From Spirochaetia bacterium (lineage in GTDB: Bacteria; Spirochaetota; Spirochaetia; SZUA-6; Bin103), in NCBI GenBank assembly GCA_965198005.1, contig CBDAOI010000004.1, positions 1,760,001 through 1,824,000 of the forward strand: a stretch of DNA of 64,000 nucleotides, in the 5' to 3' direction. Made by a program: the position numbers and the translations under genes. The first letter of the stretch is position 1. Every line of letters starts with the position of its first letter. The notes beneath the pieces are model-generated. The model was not told the DNA's origin. It searched no databases and was given only the letters and a program-made list of their open reading frames with translations. Shown here piece by piece: positions 60,186 to 64,000 of this stretch.

Positions 60186-61379
60186 TCAAGCGGCCTCCAG
60201 CAGCAGGGCGATGCCCATGCCGCCGCCGATGCACAGGGAAGCGATGCCGCGGCGGGCGTCGCGGCGGCGCATCTCGTGCAGCAGGGTGGCCGCGATGCGG
60301 GTGCCGCTGGCGGCGATCGGGTGGCCGAGGGCGATGGCGCCGCCGTTGACGTTGAGGCGCGCTTCGTCCCAGCCGTCGCCCAGTTCGCGGCCGACCGCCA
60401 GCACCTGCGCGGCGAACGCCTCATTGATCTCGATCAGGTCGACGTCGGACAGCGCCAGCGCCTCGGCGGCCAGCAGCTTGCGGATGGCGTAGGCGGGGCC
60501 GATGCCCATGATCCGCGGATCGACGCCGGCGCTGGCGTAGGCGCGGATGAAGCCGAGCGGCTGCAGCCCGAGCGCGGCGGCGCGGTCGGCGGCCATCACC
60601 ACCGCCGCGGCGGCGCCGTCGCTGATCCCCGAGGCGTTGCCGGCGGTCACGCTGCCGTCATCCTGGAACACCGGCCGCAGCCCCTGCAGGGCGTCGGCGC
60701 TGCTGTTCGCCCGCGGCGGCTCGTCCACCCGGAACTCGAGCGCCGGTCGCTTGCGCTGCGGCACGGACACGGGCGTGATCTCCTGGGCGAACGCGTCCGC
60801 GGCCAGCGCCGCTTGGTACCGGGTCTGGCTCTGCAGCGCGAACCGGTCCTGCTCGGCGCGCGCCACCCGGTACTGGTCGGCCAGGTTCTCGGCGGTGGTG
60901 CCCATGTGACAGTCGGCGAAGCAGTCCCACAAACCGTCGCTGAGCATGCTGTCGACCATCCGGCCGTGGCCCATGCGCGCCCCCCAGCGCCCTTGCTGGA
61001 GCAGGTACGGGGCGTTGCTCATGCTCTCCATGCCGCCGGCGACCACGCAGTCCGCGTCGCCGAGCGCGACCGCCTGCGCGGCCAGGACGATCGCCTTGAG
61101 CCCGGAGCCGCACACCTTGTTGACCGTCATCGCCGGCACGCCGTGCGGCAACCCCGCGCCCAGCGCCGCCACGCGCGCGGGATTGGGCCCGATCCCGGCC
61201 TGGTAGACGTTGCCCATGATCACTTCGTCCACGCTCTCCGGGGCGACGCCGGCCCGCTCCAGCGCCGCGCGGATCGCGATGCTCCCCAGCTCCGGCGCCG
61301 AGAAGCCCTGCAGCGACCCGCCGAACTTGCCGATCGCCGTGCGCTGGGCGCTCACCACTGCCACTCGCCTGCCGTTCAT
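60186..61379 (-). CDS. Acetyl-CoA acetyltransferase (thiolase)
   Basis: NKVCGSG, GGMESMS, TAGNAS, EINEAFA, GHPIAASG, LCIGGGMG. Confidence 0.95.
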   Translation of the reverse strand: MNGRRVAVVSAQRTAIGKFGGSLQGFSAPELGSIAIRAALERAGVAPESVDEVIMGNVYQAGIGPNPARVAALGAGLPHGVPAMTVNKVCGSGLKAIVLAAQAVALGDADCVVAGGMESMSNAPYLLQQGRWGARMGHGRMVDSMLSDGLWDCFADCHMGTTAENLADQYRVARAEQDRFALQSQTRYQAALAADAFAQEITPVSVPQRKRPALEFRVDEPPRANSSADALQGLRPVFQDDGSVTAGNASGISDGAAAAVVMAADRAAALGLQPLGFIRAYASAGVDPRIMGIGPAYAIRKLLAAEALALSDVDLIEINEAFAAQVLAVGRELGDGWDEARLNVNGGAIALGHPIAASGTRIAATLLHEMRRRDARRGIASLCIGGGMGIALLLEAA

Positions 61380-63511
61380 CGTTGCGCCTCCTCTCCCTCT
61401 CGTTCGTACCGGCTGCGCAGCACGCGCCGTACGGTCTTGTTGGACGCGGTGCGCGGCAACGCCTCCACCACCACCACGTCGTGCACCTTGAACAGCGGGT
61501 TGAGCCGCCCCCGGATCACGCTCTGAAAGCGCGCGCGCAGGTCGTCCCCGCCCAGCTCGGCGCCGGCGTACAGCGCGGCGTAGATCACCAGCAGGCTCGG
61601 CCCGCCCGCCGGCGGCCGGATCGCCACCGCCGCGGTTTCGGCCACCCCCGGCACGGTGTTGAGCAGCCGCTCGATCTCCACCGAGCTGACCTTGATGCCG
61701 CCCAGGTTCATGGTATCGTCGACCCGGCCGTGAATCCGGTAGCCGCCGTCCGGCAGCCGCTCGAGCTGGTCGCCGTGGCGGCGCAGCGGCACCGCGTCCG
61801 CCCCCGCCGCATCCCCCGTGCCCACGTCCGCCGGCGCCCCCGCGAAGTACACGGCGTGGTGGTCCTGGTTGAGCAGGGTAGTGGACAGCCCGATCGAGGG
61901 CGGCCGCAGGAACACCTCGCCGTTGTCCGCCGGCCGGCCGGCGTCGTCGAGAATCAGGAAGTCGATCCCCAGCGTCGGCGTGGTGAAGGTGCTGGGCGCG
62001 GCCGGCTGCACCATGGTGCCGGTCACGTAGCCGCCGCCGATCTCGGTGCCGCCGCAGTACTCGATGACCGGCCGGTAGCCGGCCAGCGCCATCAGGAACA
62101 GGTAGTCCTCCACGTTGGACGGCTCGCCGGTGGAGCTGAACGCGCGGATCGTGCTCCAGTCGAGCCCCGCCATGCAGCCGCTGCGCTTCCAGGCGCGCAC
62201 CAGGCTGGGAACCACGCCGAGCATCGTGACCTGCGCGTCCTGGATGAACTGCCCGAACTCGCGGCCGGTCGGCGCGCCGTCGAACAGGGCCATGGCGGCG
62301 TGGTTGACCAGTGTGGCGTAGATCAGCCACGGCCCCATCATCCACCCCAGGCTGGTGGGCCAAGCCGTGACGTCGCCGGGGCGGATGTCCTGATGCAGGT
62401 GGCCGTCGGCCGCGCACTTGATCGGCGTCGTGTGGGTCCAGGGGATCGCCTTGGGCGTGCCGGTGGTGCCGGAGGAGAACAGGATGTTGGTGGCCGCCGC
62501 GGGATCGCACGGGACCGCGCTGAAAGCGTCGTCGGCGCTCAGGAACTGCTCCCAGCGCAAGTCGCCCGGCCGCAGCTCGGGCGCGGCCTGCGCGCCGCCG
62601 GCCTCCCCGCCCGCGCCCGCCTGCCCGCCGGCCGCGGCCAGCACGATCGCGCGCGGCGCCCCGGCCGCCACCACTTTCTCGTACAGCGGCAGCGGCTTGC
62701 CGCCGCGTACCATGTGGTCCTGGGTGAAGAGCGCGCGTGCTCCGGTCATCTGCAGGCGCACCGCGATCTCCTCGGCCGCGAAGCTGTCGGCGATCGACAC
62801 CAGGGCGCACCCCGCCGCCACGGTGCCGAGATAGATCGCCACCGATTCCGCGGTCATCGGCAGGCAGGCCGCGACCGCGGCGCCCGGCTCCAGCCCGGCG
62901 GCGCGCAGCCCGTTGGCCACGCGGCCGGCGAGCGCGCGCAACTCGCCGTAGCTCATCGACCGCAGCGGCCCGCCCTCGGCCTGATGGACGATCGCCACCG
63001 CGTCCGGCGCGGCGCCGAAACAGCTCTCCGCGACGTTGAGCCGCGCCCCCGGAAACCAGCGCGGCGCGCGCAGGTCGGTCAGGTCCGCGACCGCCGCGGC
63101 GGGCTCCGCGAACCGGATCCCCAGCCGCTCCACCATCTGCTGCCAGAAGTCGGTGCGGTGCGCGGCCGACCAGTGGAACAGCTCGGCGAAGCTCAACATC
63201 CCCTGGTCGCGCATCAGGGCGTGCAGGTTGGTCGCGCGGCTCTGCTCCGCCGTCGGGAACCAGGCCGGCGCCGGTCCCCGCGCCGGGTCGCGCCCGGCGT
63301 ACACCCGCTCGTACAGCAGCTTGTGCAGCGCGAACGGGTCGTCCGCAGTGAGCAGGGATCGGGTCAGCTCGGCCCAGCACTCCTCCGCGGCCGGCTCCGG
63401 CCGGTCCGCGGCGCCCTCCAGCAGGCGGTTCACGTCCGCCAGCAACGCGCCGGCGCGCACCCCGTCCACCCCGGTGGACAGGAGCTGCTCGCGCGTGAGG
63501 TGCCCCGGCAT
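61376..63511 (-). CDS. AMP-binding acyl-CoA synthetase
   Basis: FSSGTTGTPK, STGE, GGTEIG, GRVDD..N.GG.K, LPRTASNK. Confidence 0.9.
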   Translation of the reverse strand: MPGHLTREQLLSTGVDGVRAGALLADVNRLLEGAADRPEPAAEECWAELTRSLLTADDPFALHKLLYERVYAGRDPARGPAPAWFPTAEQSRATNLHALMRDQGMLSFAELFHWSAAHRTDFWQQMVERLGIRFAEPAAAVADLTDLRAPRWFPGARLNVAESCFGAAPDAVAIVHQAEGGPLRSMSYGELRALAGRVANGLRAAGLEPGAAVAACLPMTAESVAIYLGTVAAGCALVSIADSFAAEEIAVRLQMTGARALFTQDHMVRGGKPLPLYEKVVAAGAPRAIVLAAAGGQAGAGGEAGGAQAAPELRPGDLRWEQFLSADDAFSAVPCDPAAATNILFSSGTTGTPKAIPWTHTTPIKCAADGHLHQDIRPGDVTAWPTSLGWMMGPWLIYATLVNHAAMALFDGAPTGREFGQFIQDAQVTMLGVVPSLVRAWKRSGCMAGLDWSTIRAFSSTGEPSNVEDYLFLMALAGYRPVIEYCGGTEIGGGYVTGTMVQPAAPSTFTTPTLGIDFLILDDAGRPADNGEVFLRPPSIGLSTTLLNQDHHAVYFAGAPADVGTGDAAGADAVPLRRHGDQLERLPDGGYRIHGRVDDTMNLGGIKVSSVEIERLLNTVPGVAETAAVAIRPPAGGPSLLVIYAALYAGAELGGDDLRARFQSVIRGRLNPLFKVHDVVVVEALPRTASNKTVRRVLRSRYEREGEEAQR

Positions 63512-63535
63512 CGGTACCCTCGGCAGCCCGCGCCC

Positions 63536-64000
63536 CTACAGCAGCAGGCGCTGGTCGCTGAGATCCTTGCCGCCCACGCTCGTGCTGATGGTGCCGCCGC
63601 GGAATTCCTTGACCTCCAGGTCGTGGAACGCGTTGACGATCATGTACTGGGTCGGCATGTCCTCCCAGCGCGCCGGGTGAAACTCGACCGTCCCGTCACC
63701 CTTCCACAACCCGGTCAGGCGGCTGTTGCCGCCTTCCGACGGGGTGAGACAGGCGTAGGCGGCGTCCGCCTCGCCCCAGTGGCCGGTGCGGGGGATGTAC
63801 TTGTAGTGGAGCAGTCCGGTCAGCACGCCGTCGGTGCGCGGCGCCGCCGCCTGCGGATAGTCGGCGGGCGCCACCTCGCGCATGTTGGTCAGCTTCATGT
63901 CCAGGAAGCGGAACCCCTGCCAGTGCGCCATGACGTGGGTCTCGCCCCGGCACACGGCCGGGTCCGGCATCTCGCAGTAGATCTTCGAGAACCCGATCTG
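63536..64000 (-). CDS. Acetoacetate decarboxylase-family protein, 3' part
   Basis: QIGFSKIYCE..., KYIPRTG.WG; upstream of the synthetase-thiolase pair. Confidence 0.6.
   Translation of the reverse strand, partial: QIGFSKIYCEMPDPAVCRGETHVMAHWQGFRFLDMKLTNMREVAPADYPQAAAPRTDGVLTGLLHYKYIPRTGHWGEADAAYACLTPSEGGNSRLTGLWKGDGTVEFHPARWEDMPTQYMIVNAFHDLEVKEFRGGTISTSVGGKDLSDQRLLL

Noticed and set aside
60186-63380. 1064-aa thiolase fusion ORF
   Set aside because: N-terminal part is an off-frame shadow of the acyl-CoA synthetase; real start is 61379

Overview
GC-rich bacterial chromosomal window dominated by accessory DNA. (1) 0-6.4 kb: hicB end, a His-motif membrane protein, wzz-like gene, truncated AAA-DUF4143, an intact phytanoyl-CoA dioxygenase (phyH-like) gene and TA modules. 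(2) 6.4-22.8 kb: lower-GC Wzx/Wzy-type surface polysaccharide cluster interrupted by IS remnants. (3) 23.4-36 kb: nested mobile elements: an IS21 cut by a three-recombinase RIT element, whose right IR is split by an IS66 carrying a DUF4338 gene, plus a decayed second IS66 copy hit by a 297-bp MITE. (4) 36-43.5 kb: scrambled DUF262 gene and a second phyH allele broken by a group II intron with non-canonical ends and by two TA-bearing cassettes. (5) 43.5-60 kb: divergent repeats of one host block (ykgJ-like, pilZ, vapBC, MBL hydrolase) alternate with defence-like cassettes: PIN + P-loop ATPase, HEPN + KGGVGR ParA-like + P-loop ATPase, helicase + DUF2290. (6) 60-64 kb: thiolase, acyl-CoA synthetase, acetoacetate-decarboxylase-like gene. 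The most notable signals are the 'host-anchor repeat + cargo' architecture (with apparent promoter capture), two uncharacterised candidate defence operons, and the IS66-borne DUF4338 gene. All family calls come from motif recognition by eye, not database searches.
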